Part shown: one piece after another, positions 45,374 to 54,896 of the stretch | Layout of the letters: each line of letters begins with the position of its first letter | Position numbering within the stretch: position 1 is the first letter of the stretch | Assembly: GCF_019264485.1 (NCBI RefSeq) | Contig: NZ_JAHVAA010000003.1 | Span: forward strand, 2,355 to 66,354 | From: Sediminibacterium sp. | Lineage (GTDB): Bacteria; Bacteroidota; Bacteroidia; Chitinophagales; Chitinophagaceae | DNA length: 64,000 nucleotides | Direction of reading: 5' to 3' | Notes under the pieces: generated by a model | Database searches by the model: none | What the model saw: only the letters and a program-made list of their open reading frames with translations | Told to the model about the DNA's origin: nothing | Position numbers and translations under genes: made by a program

Positions 45374-47086
45374 ATGTCAGATACGCTTCACCTGAATACA
45401 AAAGCAACTGCTCAGAATAGTTTTGATGCCATTGTTGTTGGCTCTGGTATCAGTGGTGGCTGGGCCGCCAAGGAACTCACTGAGAAAGGGTTAAAAGTTT
45501 TGATGCTTGAAAGAGGCAGACCCTATGAGCATATTAAAGATTATACAACAGCAAATAAAAATCCATGGGAACTGTCACACAGGGGAAGAACCACAGCTCA
45601 GCAAAAAAATGATTATCCTGTAATACACAGAGGCTGGGCCGCAAGTGAAGTAGTAATGGATGACTGGGCCAGTGAAAAAGACTGTCCATATACAGAAATA
45701 AAACCTTTTACCTGGTGGAGAAGCTATCAGCTGGGTGGACGCTCTATTTTATGGGGCAGGCAGAGCTATCGCCTGAGTGATCTTGATTTTGAAGCCAATC
45801 TCAAAGAAGGTATTGGAGTTGACTGGCCTATTCGTTATAAAGATATAGCGTCATGGTATGACTATGTAGAACGTTTTGCCGGTATTAGTGGATCAAAAGA
45901 AGGATTACAGCATTTGCCCGACGGACAATTTCTTCCTCCCATGGAACTCAACTGTGTAGAGAAAGATGTAGCTGCAAGAATAAAAAAAGCATTCAACGGG
46001 AACAGGCATCTTATTATTGGCCGCGTGGCCAACCTTACTGCTCCCATTGAAGGAAGAACACAGTGTCAGTTCAGGAACCGATGCTGGGAGGGATGTCCTT
46101 TTGGTGGCTATTTCAGTACACAGTCATCTACCTTACCTGCTGCCATGAAAACGGGTAACCTAACTGTAAGGCCATTCTCTATCGTAACAAAACTTATTTA
46201 TGATAAAGACACAAAAAAAGCAACAGGTGTAGAAGTGCTTGATGCAGAAACCAATCAGACTTATGAATACTATGCAAAAATTGTTTTCCTGAATGCATCG
46301 GCCTTAAATTCTACCTGGGTATTGTTTAACAGCGCAACAGAAATATGGCCCGGTGGATTGGGAAGCAGCAGTGGAGAGCTGGGACATAATGTGATGGATC
46401 ATCATTACAATATTGGTGCATCGGGTAAAGTAGATGGTTATACAGATAAGTATTATTCCGGAAGAAGAGCGAATGGTTTTTATATCCCACGCTTTGTAAA
46501 TATGGGTAAGGACAAGCGTAATTACCTGCGTGGTTTTGGTTATCAGGGCAGTGCAAGCAGGGAAGGCTGGTCGAGAGATGTAGCAGAATTATCTATAGGA
46601 GCCGGTTTGAAAGACACACTCACCGAACCTGGTGAGTGGAGTATCGGTGCAACCGGATTTGGGGAGATATTGCCTTACCATGAAAACAAAATCATGCTCG
46701 ATAAAGAGAAAAAAGATAAATGGGGTTTACCGGTATTGGCAATGGATTGTGAGATGAAAGAAAATGAACTGAACATGCGTAAAGACATCATCACTGAACT
46801 ACAGCTTATGCTGGAAGCATCCGGTATAAAGAATATCAGAACCTGGGATGCCGGGCATGCACTGGGGCATGGTATTCATGAAATGGGAACGGCGAGAATG
46901 GGACTTGATCCAAAAACATCGGTACTCAATGGTTTTAATCAGGTATGGGATGCAAAGAATGTGTTTGTAACCGATGGTGCCTGTATGACTTCTTCTGCCT
47001 GTCAAAATCCATCACTTACTTATATGGCACTTACAGCGAGAGCTGCTAATCACGCAGTGGAAGAAATGAAAAAAGGAAATTTGTGA
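45374..47086 (+). CDS. GMC family FAD-dependent oxidoreductase
   Basis: 'DAIVVGSGISGGWAAKEL' FAD motif and a C-terminal GMC region 'HEMGTARMG...NVFVTDGA'. An alternative ATG lies at 45338. Confidence 0.8.
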   Translation: MSDTLHLNTKATAQNSFDAIVVGSGISGGWAAKELTEKGLKVLMLERGRPYEHIKDYTTANKNPWELSHRGRTTAQQKNDYPVIHRGWAASEVVMDDWASEKDCPYTEIKPFTWWRSYQLGGRSILWGRQSYRLSDLDFEANLKEGIGVDWPIRYKDIASWYDYVERFAGISGSKEGLQHLPDGQFLPPMELNCVEKDVAARIKKAFNGNRHLIIGRVANLTAPIEGRTQCQFRNRCWEGCPFGGYFSTQSSTLPAAMKTGNLTVRPFSIVTKLIYDKDTKKATGVEVLDAETNQTYEYYAKIVFLNASALNSTWVLFNSATEIWPGGLGSSSGELGHNVMDHHYNIGASGKVDGYTDKYYSGRRANGFYIPRFVNMGKDKRNYLRGFGYQGSASREGWSRDVAELSIGAGLKDTLTEPGEWSIGATGFGEILPYHENKIMLDKEKKDKWGLPVLAMDCEMKENELNMRKDIITELQLMLEASGIKNIRTWDAGHALGHGIHEMGTARMGLDPKTSVLNGFNQVWDAKNVFVTDGACMTSSACQNPSLTYMALTARAANHAVEEMKKGNL

Positions 47087-47087
47087 G

Positions 47088-47136
47088 GATAGTACATGGT
47101 CCATAGCAGATGGGTTACTATGGACCATGTACTATC
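47088..47136. repeat. perfect 19-bp hairpin between convergent genes (GGTCCAT word family)
   Basis: gatagtacatggtccatag (47088..47106) pairs with ctatggaccatgtactatc (47118..47136). There is no U-tract. Confidence 0.85.
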
Positions 47137-47148
47137 AACTATAGGCTA

Positions 47149-48339
47149 CTAAATAATCTGTTCACTGATTTTGCCTGTCTGCTTATGTTTCAGGATTAAT
47201 TTTTTAGTGCCGAAATGTGTCATCTCTTCTTTTATAAGATAATGTTGATCATCATAGGAAACAAGATGACTTCCTTTGGTAAGTCCGGTTTGTCCTCTCC
47301 AGATATCTAACTGAACAGGTTCCCATTGTTTGCTTTTGGCCGATTTGTATGCGGCATCAAGAATTGAGTTTACCACATAGCCATCATAAAATGTTTCTTT
47401 AGGGTCAACACCTTTTTCCATGGCGTTAAACATATCCATGAACATATGGTTATAACCAAGTTCATTTAACTCGTCACCCACCGGGAAGAGCCAGCCAGTG
47501 TTGCTTTCTGCTTTTTCTGCCACATAATCTGCGCCTTTGCCCGTGGTAAACATATCGAAACCAGTGCGGAGAAAACTGTTGATCCAGATAGTACCTTCAC
47601 TACCCATTACTTCATCGCGCAGATCAAGTCCGCCACGAAAAGTCCAGCTTACTTCAAACTGACCAATAGCACCGTTTTCATATTTTACCAGACCGATCGC
47701 ATGGTCTTCAGCATCAATGGGTTTTACCTGTGTATCGGCCCAGCACATGACTTCTACAGGTTTAATATCTTTACCAATATAACTTCTGGTAATTTCAACA
47801 CAATGACAACCGAGATCGAGAATACAACCTCCACCGGCCTGTTCAATATCCCAGAACCATTCGCTGTGCGGGCCAGGATGCGTTTCTCTCGATTTAGCCC
47901 AAAGTATCCTTCCCAGAGCACCATTCTTTACACTTTCCATGGCCTTGATAAATTTTGGTGTGTAAACCAAGTCTTCGAGATAACCATTAAAAATACCTGC
48001 TTCTTCTACTGCCAGTAACATCCGTTTGGCTTCTGCTGCATTACGCCCCAGGGGTTTGGTGGTCATCACTGCTTTTTTATGTTTGCAGCATAACATTACA
48101 GCAGCTTCGTGAAGATTATTGGGGAGAGAGATACATACTATATCTACATCAGGATGCGCTATGGCTTCTTCCATATCAATAGTCCAATGTTCGCAATGAT
48201 AATCTTCAGCGAATTTTTTTGCACTTTCTTCTCTGCGGGAATAAATACTGATGATTTTATCCCTGCTTCTGTAACCCTGTAAAGAATCGGCATAAAACCG
48301 GCCAATAAAACCGGAACCGAGCATAGCAATTTTTTTCAT
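47149..48339 (-). CDS. Gfo/Idh/MocA family oxidoreductase
   Basis: 'KKIAMLGSGFIGRFY' Rossmann motif and 'EKP-like' 'TTKPLG'. ATG at 48339. Confidence 0.8.
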   Translation of the reverse strand: MKKIAMLGSGFIGRFYADSLQGYRSRDKIISIYSRREESAKKFAEDYHCEHWTIDMEEAIAHPDVDIVCISLPNNLHEAAVMLCCKHKKAVMTTKPLGRNAAEAKRMLLAVEEAGIFNGYLEDLVYTPKFIKAMESVKNGALGRILWAKSRETHPGPHSEWFWDIEQAGGGCILDLGCHCVEITRSYIGKDIKPVEVMCWADTQVKPIDAEDHAIGLVKYENGAIGQFEVSWTFRGGLDLRDEVMGSEGTIWINSFLRTGFDMFTTGKGADYVAEKAESNTGWLFPVGDELNELGYNHMFMDMFNAMEKGVDPKETFYDGYVVNSILDAAYKSAKSKQWEPVQLDIWRGQTGLTKGSHLVSYDDQHYLIKEEMTHFGTKKLILKHKQTGKISEQII

Positions 48340-48351
48340 ATGTGTTGTTAT

Positions 48352-48425
48352 GGTGAGTAGTGAATAGTCAGTAGTGAGTGATTTAAGTGCATAAAAATAC
48401 TCACTATTCACTACTGACTACTCAC
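48352..48425. repeat. heptamer-hairpin element (TRGTGAR family), copy 3
   Basis: ggtgagtagtgaatagtcagtagtgagtg, a loop, then tactcactattcactactgactactcac. Confidence 0.85.
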
Positions 48426-48431
48426 TTCTTC

Positions 48432-49607
48432 TTATTTCTTTTCCTTAAAAAATAACAGAAAATATACCAGCACTGCCATGGCAATATAAGCTGGCACATA
48501 CCAGATGTTGAGCCAGTTATGTGTTTCTCCTGTTTTGTAGAGATCCACAATATAACCGCTGAACCAGGTGCCGATAAACATACCTACACCATAGGTGGCA
48601 AATGTAAAGAGCCCCTGTGCCGCATTTTTAATTTTAGCACCGGCTTTTTTCTCCGTGTACATATAACCTGTTACAAAAAAGAAATCATAACAAATGCCGT
48701 GTAAGATGATACCGGCATATAACATCCAGTTGTTTACCCCGGCATCTCCATAGGCAAAGAATATATAACGCAGAATCCATGCACTCATGCCCAGCAGTAA
48801 CATATTCTTTACACCAATTCTGTTAAACAGGAATGGAATAGCGAGTATGAATACAGCTTCCGAAACCTGGCCAAGTGTCATTTTACTTGCTGCATTTTCA
48901 AAATTCATTTCATTGAGAAATGGATTGGCAAATCCGTAGTAAAAGGAGAGTGGAATACAAACCAGTATGGCAGCAATAAAGAAAATGAGGTAAGGCTTTT
49001 CTTTAAACAGTACGAATGCTTCTGTTCCTATGGCTTTAGATGCAGAACTGTCTGCGCCATTCGGAGGCGTATTGGGCAATACAAAACTCAGTAAACCAAG
49101 TCCTACAGAAACGGCCGCCGCCATATAAAAAGTAGAAGCTGTTTTTTCAATCCCTAATTGCCCTATTAATACACCGGCTACAATCCAGCCCAGTGTTCCA
49201 AACACACGTATCCAGGGGAATTGTTTACCAGGATCAGTCATTTGTGAAAAAGCAACACTGTTACTCAATGCAATGGTGGGCATGTATAACAAAGAATAGC
49301 CCAGAATGACCCAGTAAAACAGGGTACTATCTGTAATTTTTGTAGCAAGAAAAAGCAGAACGGCACCCAGCAGGTGTAATACACCCATAATTTTCTGTGC
49401 GGCAAAAAAACGGTCAGCTATCATACCTACAAAAAACGGGGAGATCATAGTGGCGATGGCCAGCGCACTGTAAGCCGCCCCAATTTCAACGCCGGTTGCC
49501 TGTAAATGGGTTCCCATATAGGTTCCCATGGTAACATACCAGGCACCCCAGATAAAGTATTCGAAAAACATCATGGAAGCCAACAAAGAGCCTGTTTTGT
49601 TGTTCAT
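48432..49607 (-). CDS. NupG/XapB-type nucleoside:H+ symporter (MFS)
   Basis: 'MMFFEYFIWGAWYVTMGTYM' N-terminus, typical of the nucleoside permease family. 12 TM-like segments. Confidence 0.75.
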   Translation of the reverse strand: MNNKTGSLLASMMFFEYFIWGAWYVTMGTYMGTHLQATGVEIGAAYSALAIATMISPFFVGMIADRFFAAQKIMGVLHLLGAVLLFLATKITDSTLFYWVILGYSLLYMPTIALSNSVAFSQMTDPGKQFPWIRVFGTLGWIVAGVLIGQLGIEKTASTFYMAAAVSVGLGLLSFVLPNTPPNGADSSASKAIGTEAFVLFKEKPYLIFFIAAILVCIPLSFYYGFANPFLNEMNFENAASKMTLGQVSEAVFILAIPFLFNRIGVKNMLLLGMSAWILRYIFFAYGDAGVNNWMLYAGIILHGICYDFFFVTGYMYTEKKAGAKIKNAAQGLFTFATYGVGMFIGTWFSGYIVDLYKTGETHNWLNIWYVPAYIAMAVLVYFLLFFKEKK

Positions 49608-49696
49608 ATAGCAGTTGGTTTTTGTATGGTTTCAAAAATGGAACTAAAAAAAATCAGTTATTATTTAATTCAACAAGTTTAAGACCACTAAAGATA

Positions 49697-50275
49697 ATGG
49701 AAGCACTTTATAAGGCCATACAATCCATGATCAATATTTCAGGTACAGAATGGGAGCGTTTTGCAGAAAACTGTATCGAAAAAAAATTTCCAAGACATGC
49801 TTTTTTAAGTAAACCCTTAGCAGTACCCAATGAAATCTTTTTTATTGCAAATGGACTTGTAAGGGTATTGGTTACAGATGAAGAGGGTATTGATCACTCT
49901 ATTCATTTCGCGATGGAAAACCAGTTCATCTGCGACTATGCCTCTTTTCTGCAAAGAAAATCTTCCATATACACCATACAGACATTGGAGGAAAGCGAAA
50001 TAATTGTAATGCCAAGATCACTGATAGAATGGGGGTATAAACATTTGCAGGAAGGGAATAAACTTGGCAGACTCATAGCTGAATATTATTTTATTTACCA
50101 GGATAACCGGATTAAGAATATGATAGCACTCTCACCCAAAGAGCGCTATGATTCCATTACTGAAGTATTTCCGGATATTCACAACAGAATACCACAACAC
50201 ATGATTGCCTCCTACCTTGGTATTACGCCTGTTCACCTCAGCAGGCTGAAGAAAGGGGGTAAAAGAAAAAACTAA
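49697..50275 (+). CDS. Crp/Fnr family transcriptional regulator
   Basis: A cNMP-binding-like N-domain and a C-terminal HTH 'QHMIASYLGITPVHLSRL'. Confidence 0.75.
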   Translation: MEALYKAIQSMINISGTEWERFAENCIEKKFPRHAFLSKPLAVPNEIFFIANGLVRVLVTDEEGIDHSIHFAMENQFICDYASFLQRKSSIYTIQTLEESEIIVMPRSLIEWGYKHLQEGNKLGRLIAEYYFIYQDNRIKNMIALSPKERYDSITEVFPDIHNRIPQHMIASYLGITPVHLSRLKKGGKRKN

Positions 50276-50347
50276 ACATTTGTTATCGCTTTAAGCAAAT
50301 GGTCTTCTGACATTTGGCAGATAGTTAATTATACTAAAATCTGTCAA

Positions 50348-51175
50348 ATGCTTACACAGGTTGAAAAACAAAGACTCAAAACAAAATATGGACCCTGGGC
50401 ACTGGTTACCGGTGCTTCATCTGGGATTGGTCTGGAATTGACTGAACACCTGGCTTCTGCTGGACTGAATCTCGTAATATGTTCAAGAAGTATCAGCAAA
50501 CTTGAGTATGTACAACACCAGATGCTTAGAAAATATGATGTTGAAATCATGCTGGTACCAGCCGATATGTCGGAAACAGCAGACATAGATAAACTGGTTC
50601 AACAAATTCAACACCTTGATATCGGACTGGTGGTTTTGTCTGCGGGTTATGGTACATCAGGTCTGTTTAAAGATGCTTCCGTGCACACAGAAATCAATAT
50701 GCTGAGGGTAAACTGCGAATCGGTATTAACACTTACTCATTATTATACACAGCGAATGTTGGCAAGAGGCGGGGGTGGTATTATTTTGATGAGTTCAATG
50801 GTTGCTTTTCAGGGGGTTCCCTATGCCGCTCATTATGCCGCTACCAAAGCATATGTTCAGTCATTGGCAGAAGCTTTGGCCGTTGAACTAAAACCTTTTG
50901 GGGTGGATATACTGGCAGCAGCCCCCGGCCCCGTGCAAACAGGTTTTGGTAAAAGGGCCAATATGACAATGGGCAAATCTCTCCGGCCTTCTGAGATAGG
51001 GGTGCCCATTTTGAAAGGATTGGGAAGAAAAAATACGGTTTTGCCGGGCAGACTTACCAAATTGCTGGTATATGCTTTACGAACGGTTCCACGAGGGATG
51101 AAAATTCAGATCATGAAAAAAGTAATGTCGGGTATGACCAACCTACAGGGCATTGCTCGTGATCGGATAAAATGA
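50348..51175 (+). CDS. SDR family oxidoreductase
   Basis: 'VTGASSGIGLEL' and 'YAATKAYV'. Confidence 0.85.
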   Translation: MLTQVEKQRLKTKYGPWALVTGASSGIGLELTEHLASAGLNLVICSRSISKLEYVQHQMLRKYDVEIMLVPADMSETADIDKLVQQIQHLDIGLVVLSAGYGTSGLFKDASVHTEINMLRVNCESVLTLTHYYTQRMLARGGGGIILMSSMVAFQGVPYAAHYAATKAYVQSLAEALAVELKPFGVDILAAAPGPVQTGFGKRANMTMGKSLRPSEIGVPILKGLGRKNTVLPGRLTKLLVYALRTVPRGMKIQIMKKVMSGMTNLQGIARDRIK

Positions 51176-51927
51176 GTAAATTGAGGCAAAAGAAATGTAT
51201 GAAAGCATATAGGAAATTAGTCTTGTTACTATCTTTTTTGATATCACTGAGTATGCTTTCCATGCGACCGGCAGAGAAAAGGATCCTTGTTTTTTTTGAA
51301 ACAAAAGGATATTATCATGAGTCCATTCCAACGGGCGTTGCGGCGTTGCAATTACTGGGTCGGCAAAATGGGTTTGGAGTAGATACTTCGAGAACATCAG
51401 ACCCTTTTACCGACGAAAAATTATCGGTGTATGATGCTGTTGTTTTTTTGAGTACCACCATGGATGTATTGAATGAAGAGGAACAAACCGCATTTCAAAA
51501 ATTTATCAGAAAAGGAAAAGGATTTGTAGGTGTTCATGCAGCTACCGATACAGAGTATGCCTGGCCCTGGTTTAATCAACTGGTGGGAGCTTATTTTAAA
51601 AGTCATCCCAAACAACAGGATGCAGTTTTGCACATCAAAAACTCAAAACACCTTTCAACTAAACATTTACCCAAAACATGGAAACGATGGGATGAGTGGT
51701 ACAATTTTAAAAATATTCAGCCCGGCTTAAATGTCTTGATCACACTGGATGAATCGAGTTATACCGGGGGAGAAAATGGAACTGACCATCCCATTAGCTG
51801 GTACCATGAATTTGATGGCGGTAGGGCATTTTATACCGGATTAGGACATACCCATGAATCCTATTCCGATCCATTATTTCTCAAACATTTACTGGGTGGC
51901 ATCAAATATGCGATGAAAATAAAGTAG
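51172..51927 (+). CDS. ThuA domain-containing protein
   Basis: 'RILVFFETKGYYHESIP', 'GFVGVHAATDT' and 'PISWYHEFDGGRAFYTGLGH'. Its start overlaps the SDR stop (ATGA). Confidence 0.75.
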   Translation: MSKLRQKKCMKAYRKLVLLLSFLISLSMLSMRPAEKRILVFFETKGYYHESIPTGVAALQLLGRQNGFGVDTSRTSDPFTDEKLSVYDAVVFLSTTMDVLNEEEQTAFQKFIRKGKGFVGVHAATDTEYAWPWFNQLVGAYFKSHPKQQDAVLHIKNSKHLSTKHLPKTWKRWDEWYNFKNIQPGLNVLITLDESSYTGGENGTDHPISWYHEFDGGRAFYTGLGHTHESYSDPLFLKHLLGGIKYAMKIK

Positions 51928-52041
51928 GGAATACCCAGAAAGAGGTATTTTAAGTGAACTTATTATTTTATACATTGTTGCAGAAATGGAGTTGTAGTTT
52001 CAAAGTGCCAGTAATTATTGAAAACGGTACAATTACTATTC

Positions 52042-53379
52042 ATGCCGAGTAAATTATTGTTTCGTACTACTATAGTATCCCTCATACTTTGCTGGATATG
52101 TATTCACTCGAATGCACAGCAGGTAAACCCAAACCTCAAAGCAGGGTTGAAAGCCTATTATAATTCCAATAATGAACAGGCTTTGCAATATTTTAAAGCT
52201 GCAGGAGATGATCCGGAAGCACTCTGCTTACTGGCCAGAATGTATTACAGGGGCGATGGTGTAAAGGCAGATTATGTTACCGCCAAAACTTATGCAGAAA
52301 ATGCTTTAAATAAAGGCAACGGAATGGGTAATATAATCCTGCATTTTATTTATGAAAGCGGAGATGCTAATATCAAAAAAGATAAAACACTCTCAGACCA
52401 ATACCTTGAACGGGCATTACCTGCATTAAATCAACTCCGCCGGCAGATCATTCAGCAAATTGAGCGGGTATATGAAATTGAAGTAACAGACAGCAATAGT
52501 CTTCGTATGCAGGAACTTGAACCATCATTTTATTATGGGTTCGATAAAAATATATTTGATGTGAGAAGACTTACCTGGGCACAGGGAATAGCGTATGGTG
52601 CCATTGATGATAATGTTTTACTGAATGCAGCCTATATTCATATGTATGCTTATTTAATGGATAATAAGCGTATAGCTGCTGATAAAGTATTTACAGGAAT
52701 TTCACTGTATTTCCTTGGTCATTATATTGGATATGTACAGTCTACTGTTGCTGTAGCCAACTACTTTTATGAAAGAAAAGGCTACAGAAGTGCGTCGGAT
52801 TATTATGATAAGGCATATAAGAGAAATAATATCCGCTCTTTTCTTTCGGTAGTGAATTGTATGAAACAATTAAACGAGTCGAAGTATAAAATATTGGATA
52901 CACTGAAAAGTGAAATGAGTAAGAAGAATGAAATCCTGCCTGAATGTATAGGCCTATTTGTAGAACAGGCAATTGATGATAAAGCTTTTTTTAGTGGGAA
53001 ACAGATTTATGAATGGGCCATGGTTGGGTATAAATTGAAATCAACTATCTGTGCCTATTACCTGGGGTATATGTATGAAAAGGGATATTATGTTTTCCAG
53101 GATATGGATAAAGCCATCCGGTATTATGAGGAGGCAGGTAAATTAAGCACAACCAGTTATGGACCTTTCGAGGCGGCCAGACTCAAAATTACGATGAAGA
53201 AAGCAGATTCAACTGCTTCCTGGCAATTGATCCGTAATGCAGCAGCAGCAGGTAATGAAAGAGCCAGAGTATATAATATTGATCTTGCCAGATCGGTCGT
53301 TAATTTCAATTCGAATGGATTGATGGGAACTATTAAACCCGTAGTTGATTTTTATCCGTATTCCCCTAATTTTATTTAA
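52042..53379 (+). CDS. secreted Sel1-like/TPR repeat protein
   Basis: Signal peptide. Sel1-type repeats 'LARMYYRGDGVKADYVTAKTYAENA' and 'LGYMYEKGYYVFQDMDKAIRYYEEA'. Confidence 0.6.
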   Translation: MPSKLLFRTTIVSLILCWICIHSNAQQVNPNLKAGLKAYYNSNNEQALQYFKAAGDDPEALCLLARMYYRGDGVKADYVTAKTYAENALNKGNGMGNIILHFIYESGDANIKKDKTLSDQYLERALPALNQLRRQIIQQIERVYEIEVTDSNSLRMQELEPSFYYGFDKNIFDVRRLTWAQGIAYGAIDDNVLLNAAYIHMYAYLMDNKRIAADKVFTGISLYFLGHYIGYVQSTVAVANYFYERKGYRSASDYYDKAYKRNNIRSFLSVVNCMKQLNESKYKILDTLKSEMSKKNEILPECIGLFVEQAIDDKAFFSGKQIYEWAMVGYKLKSTICAYYLGYMYEKGYYVFQDMDKAIRYYEEAGKLSTTSYGPFEAARLKITMKKADSTASWQLIRNAAAAGNERARVYNIDLARSVVNFNSNGLMGTIKPVVDFYPYSPNFI

Positions 53380-53398
53380 ACGGGATCATGAGTTTCCG

Positions 53399-54379
53399 AT
53401 GCGGTTTCAGGTGAATTATCAAAACAATAGTGGAAGTAATATTCAGGTGTTTCCAACGAAAGTATGGAACATTCCTCACGATTTGTATGCACCTTCTTCA
53501 CCAAAAGGGGCAGGTGCTCAGGAACACGAAACATATATTATACCAGAGGAGATTGGTACTTTGTTTGGAAACCTGCCCATTGCATTTCGGACGAGAAATA
53601 CCAATAATACTTTCAGAACAGTTCTTACTGTGAATGTACCCGTTGCAGTTGCTTTTTTGAGTCAGAATTATGAAAAAAACATTACCCTTAATGTATTGAG
53701 AGAAAGTAGTGCCAATAAAGTACAGGTAGACGATTTACTGAATCTACCCGCGCTTGATGATGCTGGTAATTATTTTGCTTCAAAAGCGGAAACACCACGT
53801 ACTAACCTGCAAATCACCAAACAGCTAAATCAGTATGAAATAGCCAACTGGATGAAAATACAATTACCCGCCTACCTGGGAATCAATGAATATAAAAGCC
53901 AGCTCATCAACCTGAATAATAAACAGTTTGCTCACAGTTCTCAGCAATATGGTGTAGCTGTGTCTAAAATTTCTTCCAGTAACATCTATAATTATACTAA
54001 CAACTTCGAAAAAATGCTGGATAATGATGACTCATTGAAGTTGACCATCAGAAAATTTTTATTTTCTGATAATACCATTAAAACTGATCAACCCTATATA
54101 CAAATCAGACAAACAAATTCAAGTAAAACCTCCAGAGGAGATCAATACAGGCATGTAGCTGCAATGATACGCTTTGGGAAGGCCGATCTGATTAATGAGT
54201 TCAAATATTGTAATATCGTCTTACTGCAATCTGAAGCCAGCTACTATATGATCCTGCTGCAAAGATCATCTTATCCGAAGCCCTTAAATGAAAATAGTGC
54301 AAGCCTGAGTACTGCAGAAGAAAATGCTTTATATGAGCAGATGAAAGTGATCATACAAAATATTGAATGCTATGAGTAA
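53399..54379 (+). CDS. hypothetical protein (no signal peptide, no recognisable motif)
   Basis: Long ORF in an AT-rich block, 19 nt after the Sel1-like gene. Its stop overlaps the next ATG. Confidence 0.5.
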   Translation: MRFQVNYQNNSGSNIQVFPTKVWNIPHDLYAPSSPKGAGAQEHETYIIPEEIGTLFGNLPIAFRTRNTNNTFRTVLTVNVPVAVAFLSQNYEKNITLNVLRESSANKVQVDDLLNLPALDDAGNYFASKAETPRTNLQITKQLNQYEIANWMKIQLPAYLGINEYKSQLINLNNKQFAHSSQQYGVAVSKISSSNIYNYTNNFEKMLDNDDSLKLTIRKFLFSDNTIKTDQPYIQIRQTNSSKTSRGDQYRHVAAMIRFGKADLINEFKYCNIVLLQSEASYYMILLQRSSYPKPLNENSASLSTAEENALYEQMKVIIQNIECYE

Positions 54380-54896
54380 ACATGCCCGTCGAGTGAGGTA
54401 TTTTATACTGCCTCTGCTGCTTGTATTATTCAATACACAAACTTTGCATGCACAAAAACAGGAACTGAGTAATATACCAGGGAGAATAAATGGTAAAAAA
54501 CAGGTTTTTACAGAGGTGGTTGCAAAAATGGATAAATTTTCTCCTTTTTATTCAATTGCATTTTCATTCTATGTGGGAAGTAGTAGTGACGAAGACTATG
54601 ATGGCATACGTCCTTATTTGTATTTTATTTTCAGAAGTTCAAAAAGACAGTTCTTAAATAAATTGCCCTGGCCACAGACCTATTCCAAATTCCTGTTTTT
54701 AACAGCTGATCATATGGGTATTGGTCAGGGAATTGCATATTATGATGAAAATGCAAAGCGGGATATTCAACTGGTTATTGAAAAAATCGAGAAAAGAAGC
54801 GATGGCGCCAATATCATTGTAGGAACCATTGACTATAAAATGAATAACGATAATCAACTGAAAGGTCCGTTCAGGGCTGTTCTCAGTGCTTATTAA
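54372..54896 (+). CDS. hypothetical secreted protein
   Basis: Signal peptide 'RYFILPLLLVLFNTQTLHAQ'. Overlaps the upstream gene by 8 nt. Confidence 0.5.
   Translation: MSKHARRVRYFILPLLLVLFNTQTLHAQKQELSNIPGRINGKKQVFTEVVAKMDKFSPFYSIAFSFYVGSSSDEDYDGIRPYLYFIFRSSKRQFLNKLPWPQTYSKFLFLTADHMGIGQGIAYYDENAKRDIQLVIEKIEKRSDGANIIVGTIDYKMNNDNQLKGPFRAVLSAY

Noticed and set aside
48340-48411. N-terminal ORF extensions starting 'MNSEY...' (also 59856..59918, and the ORF at 35088..35351).
   Set aside because: The extensions are translations of the heptamer hairpin repeats ('SLLTTHYS', 'YSLLTI'). Conserved protein N-termini (MKKIAMLGSG, MKYYLISGE) begin downstream at internal ATGs.
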